Shown in pieces: positions 11,199 to 22,017 of a stretch of 64,000 nt of DNA (the stretch's first letter is position 1; each line of letters begins with the position of its first letter). The notes beneath the pieces were generated by a model. That model was not told where the DNA came from and searched no databases. It saw only the letters and a list, made by a program, of their open reading frames with translations. The stretch is from positions 32,001 through 96,000 of the IMG/VR virus record IMGVR_UViG_3300027770_000039; one strand, written 5' to 3'. The position numbers and the translations under genes are program-made. Source of the DNA: a virus.

Positions 11199-11304
11199 TA
11201 ATTTATTCCTCCTATATATATATACATATTAAAATCTTTTAATCAAGCTGGCTAGGCTTCTTTCCTCTAAGGCAATTATACGGAACAAGTCAACCAAAAG
11301 CAAC

Positions 11305-11817
11305 TTATAGAAATCTTCCTACCCTATCTACCATTCTGGCATACTTTACTTCCAAAATGACATCTGAAGACATTAGACCCTGCATTTCCTCTGATGGCTC
11401 TGTTGGGGATATATCGGCTACAAAAATGCTAAAAAATTTGAATTTATTAGATAGGCTTGCAAACCTATTTACGTCTCTTGCGGACTCGTCTACCCTTCTA
11501 AACTCATCAATCATAAAATTCCTAATCTCATTGATTTCTGAAACATCTGGGGAGTATATAGTAAAGAGTACCTGCTCACAGCAGACCATCCAATTTTCCT
11601 CATATGAGGTTCCAATTTTGTCATAAACTATATGTTTTTTTCCACTCAAAAATTGATCCATTTCAGATACCTGTTGGACAGGAATAATGGGAACTATTTT
11701 GTCGTTTATACTATCGCTAAAATATTCGTTCTCATCAAATATTTCAGCTGCCACCAATTTAGACCATAAAAATTTTCTTATTTCTAGAATTGCATCTAGT
11801 TTATAATTTGCTGTCAT
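11305..11817 (-). CDS. Tail terminator-like protein
   Basis: Size and position immediately before the tail tube gene. Confidence 0.55.
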   Translation of the reverse strand: MTANYKLDAILEIRKFLWSKLVAAEIFDENEYFSDSINDKIVPIIPVQQVSEMDQFLSGKKHIVYDKIGTSYEENWMVCCEQVLFTIYSPDVSEINEIRNFMIDEFRRVDESARDVNRFASLSNKFKFFSIFVADISPTEPSEEMQGLMSSDVILEVKYARMVDRVGRFL

Positions 11818-12602
11818 ATTAATGAGCCTCCAAATGACATCTCTACTGCTGAGTCCGCCATGCTTCTAATTGAATTTGGAGAAAATGAATATTGAACTGT
11901 TTTAATTGTTGCTGGTATTTTTAATGCTTTCATTGAAGCTGAATTAAATATATCTTTAAATCCAGATTTTTTAATAGATGAACTTACAAGGTTCCCGCTA
12001 AAAAATCTTGAATATTGTAAAGTAAATTGATTTTTAACACTAGGTCCTCCTGGCCTTTTAACGGTCACTGAAGCCCCTTTGGGCATAAAGACTGTCTCAC
12101 CATTGGATTCAAATACTAACCTCTCAGAATGGCGTGGAGCAATTTTAAGAGCCATTCCTGACTCCATCACAGACGCTTTGTTTTGAAATACGTGTTTCCT
12201 TTGTTTTTCTGGTCCAGGGACAAATGTTTTTGATGGTTCAAATTTAAAATTAACTTTAAAAGATATTCCTGCAGAATCTAAAGATGTTAGACTAAACAAT
12301 CTATCATTTGCACTTCCAGTCTTACCCCATTCATATACATGGTGAAATGCTTTTGGCTTTGATCTTGCTTGTGAATCTATGTATTGCCCAAAATCTTTTT
12401 CTATTTGATTAAACACTACTTTTTTAAAAGTACTTTTAAACTTTTTGCTATTGCTTAATTTGGCAACTACATTTGCTTGATAATATAAGGCAGCAGAAAT
12501 TTGTGCAATATTGCTGTCTTGAATAATTCCCTTTGGGCTTTTGTTATACATTAATCTTTCAAGACCAGAAGCTGCTTGAAGCAGCATTACGTTAGATTCC
12601 AA
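11814..12602 (-). CDS. Neck / tail completion protein
   Basis: Basic 262 aa protein in the head-tail joining block, with overlapping start/stop. Confidence 0.5.
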   Translation of the reverse strand: MESNVMLLQAASGLERLMYNKSPKGIIQDSNIAQISAALYYQANVVAKLSNSKKFKSTFKKVVFNQIEKDFGQYIDSQARSKPKAFHHVYEWGKTGSANDRLFSLTSLDSAGISFKVNFKFEPSKTFVPGPEKQRKHVFQNKASVMESGMALKIAPRHSERLVFESNGETVFMPKGASVTVKRPGGPSVKNQFTLQYSRFFSGNLVSSSIKKSGFKDIFNSASMKALKIPATIKTVQYSFSPNSIRSMADSAVEMSFGGSLI

Positions 12603-13020
12603 TTTGTTGATTCTCCGATCTCTTTAGAGAAGAATTATAACCAATTACTCTACCAAATGGATCTGTTATAGGACTACTTCCAATAACTTCAAATACTGTG
12701 GGTGTCTCTGATGGATAGTCTTGCTCTGTCCAAATTGATTTTCCGTCCCTGTCTTTAATGTTTGAAACCTTGTGCCTTAAAGATATTTTACTTTCGGTAC
12801 GAACTTGAATAATTTGCTCGTTTTTGTATTTGTTAGAAAAAGATTGGGCGTCTCCAGATCTAGAAGTTGAAGAATTACTTATAATGCTTTTTGCATAGCA
12901 TGGAATTGTTGAGTAATAAGACCATTCTTTTTTTATAGCACCAGTATTATCATCTTGAATATCTGTTTGTCTATAGATATCCAAGTTCATAGGCAACATG
13001 GACTGTATTAAATCTATCAT
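12592..13020 (-). CDS. Head closure / head-tail adaptor
   Basis: 142 aa beta-rich protein at the canonical position. Confidence 0.55.
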   Translation of the reverse strand: MIDLIQSMLPMNLDIYRQTDIQDDNTGAIKKEWSYYSTIPCYAKSIISNSSTSRSGDAQSFSNKYKNEQIIQVRTESKISLRHKVSNIKDRDGKSIWTEQDYPSETPTVFEVIGSSPITDPFGRVIGYNSSLKRSENQQIGI

Positions 13021-14006
13021 TAAATTACTACCATATTACTTAAAACATATGAGCTTAGTAACTGGTCTGCGTAGGCATTTCCAGTTCCAGCATATGCGCT
13101 AGAGCTATATTCAAATTTCCAATCAAATGCTTGAACATTTTTTGCGTATTTGTTTCTCCAGATAGAATCTTTAGAAAAGTAATCTTTCATTAACTCAATA
13201 CAAGCTTGGCTAACTTCTGTTGGAATCCTGTCCCATCCAAATTGACCATGAATTGTGTATCTAATATTTTTTCCAAACAAAAAACCGTCGCTATCATTAA
13301 CGCTAGGTGGCACAAATCCATTTGCAGTATAAACTGCATTGTCTATTGAATTAGTTTTATTGATTCTAATTCCAAAACCAGTTTCTGAAATAATTGGATT
13401 AAATATCCAGTTGTTGACAGCAGGGACAGATTGATTGTCAATTAAAAGGATATCGTTAGAATACAGTTTATTTAGTTTATTTATTTTATAAGGTAATACT
13501 AATACGTCTGAGTCTGATCCGTATACTACTTCTACGTCTTGGTATAAGTAAAACTCTTGACGTGTATGTCCTTCTATAATTTTTCTAGCATATCTCTCTG
13601 CAGATTGAATCTCTTGATAATTTTTATAATTTGGATCGCTAGGGTCTGATCCAAAATTTAGATCTTGCAAATGCTCATTAATGTTTATGTAAGGAGTGAC
13701 TACATCAACATATGATGCATGGTATCCCTCTGTTCCAGAAATTGAATACGACCAAACTAGCTTGAAACTTCTATTTCTTTCCGTATAGTTAAAAGGCAAT
13801 ATAACTTGATACGATCCAGAATCTGTTTCTACGCTAGTGGCCGTAAGTGTTGTTAAGATTGTAGTTGGGGAAATGGCAGGGACTATAGAAGGATCTTTTG
13901 TAACATCGTAAACTTTTACTGTAACTGTGTCTGGGCTGACAAGTTCAGACTCCCAATATATTTTGCTTTTTATTGGAGTCCTGCTATTTACATAAATCTC
14001 TGCCAT
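13020..14006 (-). CDS. Head-tail connector (gp6/gp15-like C-terminal part with N-terminal extension)
   Basis: GWDRIPTEVSQAC and TGNAYADQLL motifs typical of adaptor proteins. Confidence 0.6.
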   Translation of the reverse strand: MAEIYVNSRTPIKSKIYWESELVSPDTVTVKVYDVTKDPSIVPAISPTTILTTLTATSVETDSGSYQVILPFNYTERNRSFKLVWSYSISGTEGYHASYVDVVTPYININEHLQDLNFGSDPSDPNYKNYQEIQSAERYARKIIEGHTRQEFYLYQDVEVVYGSDSDVLVLPYKINKLNKLYSNDILLIDNQSVPAVNNWIFNPIISETGFGIRINKTNSIDNAVYTANGFVPPSVNDSDGFLFGKNIRYTIHGQFGWDRIPTEVSQACIELMKDYFSKDSIWRNKYAKNVQAFDWKFEYSSSAYAGTGNAYADQLLSSYVLSNMVVI

Positions 14007-14020
14007 TTTAAAAGGTTAAA

Positions 14021-14416
14021 TTAACTGTAGAAGTCTTGAACTTCCCTTGGGGTAGCTAATCTAAAACCTTCCTCCTTATCAAAAATTTCTTGAGCAGCTT
14101 CTGCAGACATTGCAACAAATGGATGTTCTTTTGTAAAAGTAAATCCTAAAGCATCGTATCTGTAATTGTCTCTTTCCATCTTAACTAACAAAGAATTTGG
14201 ATCTACTTCCTGATTTAAATCAAATCTTGGTAATACTTCAATTTCTTCTTTAGCTTCTTCAACATCTTTAATTGCTTTACTATACACTTCCCAGGTTACC
14301 CCGTCTTCTGTTAGCGCCGCAATAATGTCGGCTTTTCCTTTTAAATCACTTGCGTCTACGCCGAAGTCTTCGGCTGCCTTCTTTAATTCAGATAATTTCA
14401 ATGTCTCGAATGACAT
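14021..14416 (-). CDS. Small virion-associated protein with an N-terminal HeH/Rho-N-like motif
   Basis: LKLSELKKAAEDFGV...KADIIAAL; has its own extended -10 promoter after the capsid terminator. Confidence 0.5.
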   Translation of the reverse strand: MSFETLKLSELKKAAEDFGVDASDLKGKADIIAALTEDGVTWEVYSKAIKDVEEAKEEIEVLPRFDLNQEVDPNSLLVKMERDNYRYDALGFTFTKEHPFVAMSAEAAQEIFDKEEGFRLATPREVQDFYS

Positions 14417-14467
14417 ATGTTCTCCTTTTGGTTAGGTCGTTTAATTATATCACTAGTAAATTCAAAT

Positions 14468-14499
14468 GAAAAGCCCCCAAATTAAATTGGAGGCTTTTC
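14468..14499 (-). terminator. Rho-independent terminator after the major capsid gene
   Basis: AAAAGCCCCCAA...TTGGAGGCTTTT inverted repeat. Confidence 0.8.
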
Positions 14500-14524
14500 T
14501 TTAGATAAATAGATTATTTCTTAA

Positions 14525-15571
14525 TTAAGAAGCAACCTTAACATCTTTTACAACTACCCAAGCATCTGGTTGTTCGATTTGAACGCCAACTCGAGTATAC
14601 ATTGTGTACTCAATGGAGTCCTTACGAGGCCAGAAGAATCGGTAAACAGTTACATCACGCTTGATACCAATAACTACGTTATTTGGGAATGTCAAGTGGA
14701 TATCTCCGTGTGAACCTGATGGGCTTGCATATGTACCTGTTTGTGTCTCAGGAAGAAGTGGTACTTCAACAATTGGAATACCAAATGCGAAAGGTGCTAC
14801 ATATCCTGCTGCTCCACCAAGTCCTGGTGTTGCTCCACGGATAACGCTTGATGCGATATCTTGTGGGATTGTCTGGTTTGTGCCAATGCTGTTAGCATAT
14901 AGGAAATCCTGAATTAGGTTTGATCCTGCTAAGAAGCGAAGGTCTCCACGACGTTGCATGTATTTACGTGGCATTGCTTTTAATGCCTTGTTAAATAGCT
15001 CACGAGAAACTCCAGCTCCAGCTCCAGCTACAACTCGGCCATTGGCCTTAGATTTAGCTACAACTCCTTGGAATGCCTTGTACAGTGCATCTGATCCGCT
15101 GCCAACACCATTAAGGATTACATCCTCAATGTCGTTTCCTGCTTGTGTTGCCATCAATCGTGCAATGTGATCTTCTAGATCTGCACCCTCAATGTTGTCT
15201 TCTAGAGACTCAGTTGAAAGCTCCCAGTCTAGGCGCAATTTCTTTGTTGTCAAAGAAATCTTTGAGAAAGTAACTGCTGCGTTTGAAGCAGTGTCATCTC
15301 CTTCTGTTGCAAGTTTCATAAGCTTTTCGCCTACTGACATGCGGTCAATTTCTGCAGTGTCTGCTCTCATTCGAACGGTACGTGCGACTTTTCCAATTAC
15401 GGTTGCATCGAACATATAGTCTAAGAAGCGAGCTGACTGTTCTGGGTTAAGTAAACCACCGTTTCCGTTTTCGGAACCAGCGTGTGTACCTGTACCACCA
15501 GTAGTGGACGCAAAAGTACTTGTTGCTGTTGTACCAGCTGCGATTGTCTTTTCTAATGTTTCATTGCTCAT
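14525..15571 (-). CDS. Major capsid protein (HK97 fold)
   Basis: 348 aa; GGLLNPEQ and LSTESLEDNIEG motifs; follows the protease/scaffold gene. Confidence 0.92.
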   Translation of the reverse strand: MSNETLEKTIAAGTTATSTFASTTGGTGTHAGSENGNGGLLNPEQSARFLDYMFDATVIGKVARTVRMRADTAEIDRMSVGEKLMKLATEGDDTASNAAVTFSKISLTTKKLRLDWELSTESLEDNIEGADLEDHIARLMATQAGNDIEDVILNGVGSGSDALYKAFQGVVAKSKANGRVVAGAGAGVSRELFNKALKAMPRKYMQRRGDLRFLAGSNLIQDFLYANSIGTNQTIPQDIASSVIRGATPGLGGAAGYVAPFAFGIPIVEVPLLPETQTGTYASPSGSHGDIHLTFPNNVVIGIKRDVTVYRFFWPRKDSIEYTMYTRVGVQIEQPDAWVVVKDVKVAS

Positions 15572-15592
15572 TATTTTATTTCTCCTTATTTC

Positions 15593-16903
15593 TTACTTTA
15601 TTAGTTCGTTTACGGAACCGAGGAAAGAACCGTTCCATTTTGATTTTTGGACTTTTACTTCCCTAGACCCGCCAAGGTCTGAGGACTTCTTAATTGCAGT
15701 CTCTGATTCTACTGCATCGACACGCTTTTCTACTCCATCAATCGTGTTTCTGATGTTCTCAACAGTTTTGCTGAGCTCTGAGTGTTGTTCTGCCAACTCT
15801 GTAATTTTGCTTTCTACGCTTTTGCTTAAAATTTCAACTGCATTTTTAATAGTTGTAACTTGTGCTGCGTTTTCTTCTGAAGCTTTGTTTAGAGTTTCTG
15901 AGAAAAAGCCTTTTAAATCACCTAACATTTTTGCAAAATCAGGTTTTTCAACAACAATCTCATCAGAGATGTCTGTTGCTTTTTCAACGATTTCGGCAGA
16001 AGCATCTACTAATACGTCTTCTGTAATAGCTTTTTCAATTGTTGCTTCTGCAACAACTTCTACTTCTACTGCTGCGGTTTCTTCAACCACTGCGGTTTCT
16101 GTGTTTTCTGACACTTCATTACCTCCTTGTGCGTTTGCCTGTTTTGCGATTGTTTGTGTTTCAGGCAACGTTAATCTTGACTTCTTAAATGAAGCAAGAA
16201 TCTTTTCTATTTCTTTTGCTTTGTTTATATCATCAGTTTCTACCCAGCCAATTAGACTTGCTTGCTTGCCAGTTACTGGGGAATTGAATTCAGCGTCTGT
16301 TGACATAAATACAGAGTCGCTGTCTTCACAATAAAAAATATTTTCTGTTTTTAAGTTTGTAGAAATTCCTTTAAAAATTAATTGTCCATTCATTTTTTCA
16401 ATAGATAGAATATTGCACAATTCATTTGCTGGAGAATCTACTACTGACAGCTCCATTAAAGCATACTCTTTAATAAATCTAACTGTTTGCCCAGTTGCTT
16501 TGTTTACTTGATTGTCAGACTCTTTAATCTTTCCACCAATTGAAAATCCTGCAAGTGTTCCGTCTAGAATTTTTTCCCATGTATCTTGTGCGCCTTTTGA
16601 AATGTATGCATCTACATATACTCCACTATAAAAATCATTTGACTTTGGATCATAAAATGTTTCTGGTTTAAAAGAAACCATTTTGCCTACAGCGTTAGGA
16701 CCATGCATCTCTCTAATGTTGCCACGGAATCTTTCAAAAGCTCTCATGCTTGCTTCTGCTGTAACTACATCTCCTGTTTGATCTACGTTGTCTAAAGTAG
16801 CAAAACCAGAGACGGTTCTTTTCTCTCGATCAACCTTTGTAAAAGGGACCGATAGGCTAATATTATCTCCATTGCTGGACCAATAAGATTTTTCAATATT
16901 CAT
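15593..16903 (-). CDS. Prohead protease fused to a coiled-coil scaffold
   Basis: VSGFAT...REMH...GFSIGG...ELSVVDSPAN HK97 protease motifs and an acidic coiled-coil C-terminus. Start re-called at 16903 (MNIEKS), leaderless after TAAAAT. Confidence 0.88.
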   Translation of the reverse strand: MNIEKSYWSSNGDNISLSVPFTKVDREKRTVSGFATLDNVDQTGDVVTAEASMRAFERFRGNIREMHGPNAVGKMVSFKPETFYDPKSNDFYSGVYVDAYISKGAQDTWEKILDGTLAGFSIGGKIKESDNQVNKATGQTVRFIKEYALMELSVVDSPANELCNILSIEKMNGQLIFKGISTNLKTENIFYCEDSDSVFMSTDAEFNSPVTGKQASLIGWVETDDINKAKEIEKILASFKKSRLTLPETQTIAKQANAQGGNEVSENTETAVVEETAAVEVEVVAEATIEKAITEDVLVDASAEIVEKATDISDEIVVEKPDFAKMLGDLKGFFSETLNKASEENAAQVTTIKNAVEILSKSVESKITELAEQHSELSKTVENIRNTIDGVEKRVDAVESETAIKKSSDLGGSREVKVQKSKWNGSFLGSVNELIK

Positions 16904-16957
16904 ATGCCTAATTTTATAACGGTATTGTATATAAGGCAAATACTGGTTGCCTAATAA

Positions 16958-18547
16958 TTATTCGGTGACTCTTCCCCCACCTTTTTCATTTCTGCCCTCC
17001 CCAGAATTATCTGGTGAGTTGGCAGATCTTTCCTGAGTTCTTTTTCTAGAATTTAGGGCTTGTGCGGTTTGCTCAGATTTCTCCTGAGCTTTTAAATCTA
17101 CAACCTGATCCCCGCCATCTCGAGGAATCATTCCCTTCCTAATTCTAACTTCGTTAGGGGTAATTACCTGCATTCTTAAATATCTTTCATCAATTTTAGA
17201 CTGGGTGTCTTCGTCTGTTAAAGTTAATTCATTAAACTTTAGCATTACCGCATCTGTTTTTTCTAATATAATTCTATTTAATTTTTTCTCTAAAATGTCT
17301 TGTGCTGGTCTACACACCTGCTCCTTAAACATTTTATCTGCGTCTCTTGCAGAGGCTAAACTAATTCCTTCTGGAACTCCTATTTTATTTATTGGAACTC
17401 TGTGGGCTAAAAGAATTTCGTCTCTGTTGGACTTACGATACACGTTAAATGATGATTCCTGGGTTCCAGCTTCAATTGGCTCCATTTTAAATTCAACTTT
17501 TGAATCTGGGCTATCTGCTGGAAGTGGGACATACAAGGACCTATGATTTTTTCCTTTTAATCCAACTTGGAAAAATTCTAAAAGTTTACGCTCTGACTCT
17601 GGAGAGAGCTTGGCTCCCTTAACGGTAATAATATATCTAGGTACGGCTTTGTTTTCAAAATAGTCTAAATTATACTTACCAGCAAATTCATTTCCTGCAG
17701 TTGCGTTTTGTGCAGAAACAATATCTGGCAATCCATAATAATTGTTCATTGGTGTGTATTTCTTTAAATGAATAATTTCATTTGGTCTATCTGATCCATC
17801 TGCAATAGGATTTGGTGTTTCTAAATCTGCAAAGTTTCTAAAGAACACTGCCTTTCCATAAAGAAGCTGAATGAATCCGTCCCTTAGTCTACGAACACGC
17901 ATGGTTTTTGCTGGTATGTGTCCTATGTATCCAATATTACCTGCAACTGTTCTTCCTATTTCAATAAATCCATTTCCAGTTGCCTCTAGGTCAATATAGG
18001 CTTTTATTAATGTTTCTGTGAAAGTTTCTTCTTCGTTGGTTTTTTCTAGCCAAGCGTCTAAATCTTGTCTAAGCTTATTTAACTTCTTTCGAGCTCGATC
18101 TAATTGCTTTTGATCTTCAATATTATCTAGAGCATCATTTGCTTTTTTTGTTTCAACAAAAGTATACCCAAGTCCAACAATGTTGGCAACCTTTGCGTTA
18201 ATTGCTGCATAGTTGTATGGTGAAATTTCATAAATTTTAGAAAGATATTCCATGTTATATGTTGGCTCAACCAGGTCAAACATTGCGTAACCAGTAACTG
18301 CTTGCTGCATGAGGTTCTGTTGTGTGGCTGTTCCGTCTTGACCAACAAATCTTTTTGATAACTCTCTAGACATTTTTCTACGAAAGTTATTGCCCAAACC
18401 CTGAACTTTCTTTAATTCTGATTCTGTTATATTGAATGGGTCGCTGTCTAGAACAGGGGCTTTGTTATGAAATCTAGAAAAGTCTGACGAGTCTGAAATA
18501 TCTATGTTTTGAACAAAACTATTGTCTTCGTTTAGAAATTCTATCAT
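16958..18547 (-). CDS. Portal protein
   Basis: 529 aa; TGNGFIEI, EIIHLKKY, YYGLPD, ILLAHRVP and ITPNEVR portal motifs. Confidence 0.92.
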   Translation of the reverse strand: MIEFLNEDNSFVQNIDISDSSDFSRFHNKAPVLDSDPFNITESELKKVQGLGNNFRRKMSRELSKRFVGQDGTATQQNLMQQAVTGYAMFDLVEPTYNMEYLSKIYEISPYNYAAINAKVANIVGLGYTFVETKKANDALDNIEDQKQLDRARKKLNKLRQDLDAWLEKTNEEETFTETLIKAYIDLEATGNGFIEIGRTVAGNIGYIGHIPAKTMRVRRLRDGFIQLLYGKAVFFRNFADLETPNPIADGSDRPNEIIHLKKYTPMNNYYGLPDIVSAQNATAGNEFAGKYNLDYFENKAVPRYIITVKGAKLSPESERKLLEFFQVGLKGKNHRSLYVPLPADSPDSKVEFKMEPIEAGTQESSFNVYRKSNRDEILLAHRVPINKIGVPEGISLASARDADKMFKEQVCRPAQDILEKKLNRIILEKTDAVMLKFNELTLTDEDTQSKIDERYLRMQVITPNEVRIRKGMIPRDGGDQVVDLKAQEKSEQTAQALNSRKRTQERSANSPDNSGEGRNEKGGGRVTE

Positions 18548-18888
18548 TTGGATTTTCCTTGTCTTAACGCTTTCATTTCATCTTTATAGCTTCCAACGTC
18601 TAAAGCATCTGGGACTAATCCCCACTCTAATCTTTGTTTTTGATGCTCAAATTCTTCGTCATCTATCTTCCTTCTATTTGATAAAAATAAAGGGCTGCCT
18701 TCATAAATTCCATAAGATCTGGCTTCTCTTGCAAGAGCATCAATTCTTGATCTATTTCCTTTTAATGAGGTAATTGAAAGATAGTTGCCATCATCGTCTC
18801 CAACCCATCTTCCGTCAGGCATCTCCCAGACGTATATCCCTAGAGTTGTTTCTTCTACAGACGTTTGTTTAAAGTTTTTTATATCCAT
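18544..18888 (-). CDS. Conserved hypothetical protein upstream of the portal gene
   Basis: 114 aa; overlaps the portal start; preceded by a TGGTAAACT extended -10. Confidence 0.6.
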   Translation of the reverse strand: MDIKNFKQTSVEETTLGIYVWEMPDGRWVGDDDGNYLSITSLKGNRSRIDALAREARSYGIYEGSPLFLSNRRKIDDEEFEHQKQRLEWGLVPDALDVGSYKDEMKALRQGKSK

Positions 18889-18951
18889 TGTTCCCTAAGT
18901 TTACCATTATTTCAAAATAAAGTCCAGATCTTTGCCATATTCTAAATATAT

Positions 18952-20652
18952 TTAAATATTTTGTACCACTATCCAGTCAGAATTGAAATAATCAACCGAC
19001 AGCTCTGACATTTTACCTAGCTGATCTTCAATAATTGTACCTTGGGAAGATACATATTTATTAAAATGATCCTGAACTTTTTCGGCACTCAGGGCTGATT
19101 CATAAGTAGCCAAATTCTGATATAGGCTTTGCCCTCCCAAAACGCTAGATTTATTAATAGAAATTTCTCCATATATGCTATTTTCAAAAACAATAACAAC
19201 GTGGTAAAGAGAATCTTTTAAAAACAAATTATTTATATTAGTCTGGCTTGTCTTATCTACCCCATTAACGTATATCTTGGATATATTGCTTTTAGATATT
19301 GTATTGCTTGACCAAGTAAGGCTACTTGCGCTGTACCCGCTTGTAGCAACAGATGTAACCAACCCTCCATTTTGAATAGAATACGGTGTATAAAAAAACT
19401 CTATCGATTTTGTTGGGGTTGTCGTATTTATATAAAACGATGAAAGATTTTTTAAGCTGATGCCGTTTCTGTTATCTGTAGAAAGTATTTCATATTTGTT
19501 ATTGCTTACAGGGATGTCTTGCTGGCTGGCTATATAATTAGAGGAATTTTTTGAATAAATTTTTTGATTATTGTAAAAGCTTATGGATAAAAATTTTAAG
19601 GATGGAAGGTATACGCTATCGTCTGATGTTGTAAAATAAACCCTAATATATAAATTTCTTGTTTGACTAAAAGAGCTTAATGAATACTGGGGTACGGGTT
19701 GGCCATTAACGCAAGATTGATAGTTTTGTCCATCTATACTTACCGAAACAGATATTCCATTATCCCCGTCCCATTCAATTCTTGAAGAGTTCATTTCTGG
19801 TCCGCTTGGGATTGTAATAAAATCCTCAATAACAATAGACTGTGAATCTCCGTTTCCCTTTACAACACCGATAAATTCTTTTTGAGAGTTATAGTATAAA
19901 TTATTATCGTTAATAAAATACTGCCATGATTTATTGGCTGGATAGGAATAAGAATACTTTGTTGAAATTGATTTATCTGTAAGTTCAAAAAAATTACCTT
20001 GGTCTGGGTAAACTATTTGAGTAGGGCTTAAAGATTTATTTTCTAAATAATGAGATAAAACCTGATCTTTAGTCAAAGAATTTCTATAAAAAGATACACA
20101 ATTTAAGAGCATATAGTCTAAACTATTATTAACTGGTCCTGACTTCATTGTAATAGATTGATTTGAAAAAGAAAACCCAGACAGATCTTTTTCTGCTTCT
20201 ATCTTTCCATCTATATACAGTATAATTTTATTCTTATTGTATACTGCAACTATATATATAGATTTTTTTAAGAAAGGAACAGTGTACTCTATATGCTTTG
20301 TACCTATTGAAAATACTATATTACCTTTTTTATAAAATAGTCCTATATCATTAGAAGAGTCTCCTACAATTGGTATTTCTAAAGAAGAGGTAGTATTTAC
20401 CCTAACCCAGCATTCTATAGAAAATTGATCATCGGAAAAATTTTTAGTCGCAATTCCATCTATATCTATGTAGGTAATGGCGGCAGTTCCAGAAAGTTTT
20501 GAAGAGTTTTCTGCACCAATAACTAGTGGTAAATTTGTGTTATCTACCGATCCGAATATTGATACCTGATTGTCAAATCCAGAAATATCATCTGTTCCGC
20601 TTGGCCAAAAAGCCAGCGGGTTGTCTGATAAAACTCTAAGATTATACGACAT
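18952..20652 (-). CDS. Concanavalin A/LamG-domain virion protein
   Basis: VLSDNPLAFW, FSIECWV and LYIDG LamG motifs; leaderless start after TGGTACAAT. Confidence 0.75.
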   Translation of the reverse strand: MSYNLRVLSDNPLAFWPSGTDDISGFDNQVSIFGSVDNTNLPLVIGAENSSKLSGTAAITYIDIDGIATKNFSDDQFSIECWVRVNTTSSLEIPIVGDSSNDIGLFYKKGNIVFSIGTKHIEYTVPFLKKSIYIVAVYNKNKIILYIDGKIEAEKDLSGFSFSNQSITMKSGPVNNSLDYMLLNCVSFYRNSLTKDQVLSHYLENKSLSPTQIVYPDQGNFFELTDKSISTKYSYSYPANKSWQYFINDNNLYYNSQKEFIGVVKGNGDSQSIVIEDFITIPSGPEMNSSRIEWDGDNGISVSVSIDGQNYQSCVNGQPVPQYSLSSFSQTRNLYIRVYFTTSDDSVYLPSLKFLSISFYNNQKIYSKNSSNYIASQQDIPVSNNKYEILSTDNRNGISLKNLSSFYINTTTPTKSIEFFYTPYSIQNGGLVTSVATSGYSASSLTWSSNTISKSNISKIYVNGVDKTSQTNINNLFLKDSLYHVVIVFENSIYGEISINKSSVLGGQSLYQNLATYESALSAEKVQDHFNKYVSSQGTIIEDQLGKMSELSVDYFNSDWIVVQNI

Positions 20653-20677
20653 GATTAAATTGTACCATCAAGGAATT

Positions 20678-21367
20678 TTAATATCCGCCCACGTGAAAGA
20701 CCTGGCCCGACAAGCTGGAAGACTTTTCGTCAAAAAGTAACTCTACTAGATTTGCTATATCGGTTACAGTATACTCTTTCGGAACAACTTGACCTAGTAA
20801 TAAAGTTTGAAAATAAATTTCTGGCATAAATTTTGTAAATCTAGTTCTTATTGGTCCTGGGGCTATACAGTTTGGCCTAATTTTAGTACCGCATACTTGT
20901 TTAGCTAAAGACCTTGTGTATGTTTCTAAAGCTGCTTTTGATGCTGAATACATAGACTCTGAATTTATTTGATGCGCCGCTAAGCTTGATATGTTAACTA
21001 TTGGAGTATGTTTCTCTGGGTCTACAAGAGCAAGAAATTTAGATATAACATTATAGGGACCTAAAACGTTGACATTCATCATTTGCTCAACTTGTGGAAA
21101 AATTTCTCCATAAGCGGGTGATGGCCAGTAAGCACCAGCACAGTTTACAATTCCAGAAATAACAATATTTCTTTCTTTAATTGATTTAAATAAACTTTCT
21201 AGTTTTTCCTGATCAACAATATCTGTTTGTATGTACTCAAAGGTATCGCTATTATCAGAGTTTCTGACGTGCCTTCCAACTCCAATAACTTCGTGCCCTA
21301 AAGAGACTAGCCTTTTGGCAACTTCATTTCCAATTCCTCTGACTGCTCCTACTACTAAAACCGTCAT
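20678..21367 (-). CDS. Short-chain dehydrogenase/reductase
   Basis: GAVRGIG Rossmann motif, VNCAG, catalytic YSASK, NCIAPG. Confidence 0.92.
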   Translation of the reverse strand: MTVLVVGAVRGIGNEVAKRLVSLGHEVIGVGRHVRNSDNSDTFEYIQTDIVDQEKLESLFKSIKERNIVISGIVNCAGAYWPSPAYGEIFPQVEQMMNVNVLGPYNVISKFLALVDPEKHTPIVNISSLAAHQINSESMYSASKAALETYTRSLAKQVCGTKIRPNCIAPGPIRTRFTKFMPEIYFQTLLLGQVVPKEYTVTDIANLVELLFDEKSSSLSGQVFHVGGY

Positions 21368-22017
21368 TCTGTGCCATCCGAATAGTATGGCTTAGATCTA
21401 TTGTGATACCAATTTGGAAGAGCGTATCTAATTCCAGAAGTTATTGCCGATACTTCGTGGACGTATATGTAATTAGAAGGGAAGAACAATAAACTTCCTG
21501 CTTCTGGTTTTAAACTTACACCTGCATGTTCAAATTTAATATTTCCTCCTTCGTAATCATCGTTTAAATAAAGAAGTGCTGATAAAACTCTGCTGCTAAT
21601 TCCGTGGTCAGAATGTGCTGGCAAAAAGCCAGATTCCTTATACTTTAAAAGATGCATTGTTTTTTCTCTTGATTTAATATTTTTTTGAGAGTATGGATAA
21701 ATAGAAAAATAGTCTTGCAATCCTTTTTCTAATGCCCCAAATAAAACATCTGATATTTCTTTTTGTTCTTGATAAAATAGATCATCTTTTGAAATATCTT
21801 CAGATTTTGGGATAAACTTTTGCCAACAAAAAACAGTTTTTTCTTTTCCGCCGTGATCGTAATCCCAGGGTTGCCAGCCTCTTACATAAAGAGAATTGTA
21901 TCCAACAGACTCACTTCTTTTTATTTCTAAATCTTCAATTTTTTTAATTAGAGACTTAGGGTCTGGTATTATATTTTTATAATAAGCCATTCCTAGGGAA
22001 AGAATTTCTCTATTCAT
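21364..22017 (-). CDS. 2OG-Fe(II) oxygenase (prolyl-4-hydroxylase-like)
   Basis: HSD...LYLNDDYEGG...HEV...GIRY: facial triad plus the 2OG-binding Arg. Confidence 0.9.
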   Translation of the reverse strand: MNREILSLGMAYYKNIIPDPKSLIKKIEDLEIKRSESVGYNSLYVRGWQPWDYDHGGKEKTVFCWQKFIPKSEDISKDDLFYQEQKEISDVLFGALEKGLQDYFSIYPYSQKNIKSREKTMHLLKYKESGFLPAHSDHGISSRVLSALLYLNDDYEGGNIKFEHAGVSLKPEAGSLLFFPSNYIYVHEVSAITSGIRYALPNWYHNRSKPYYSDGTE

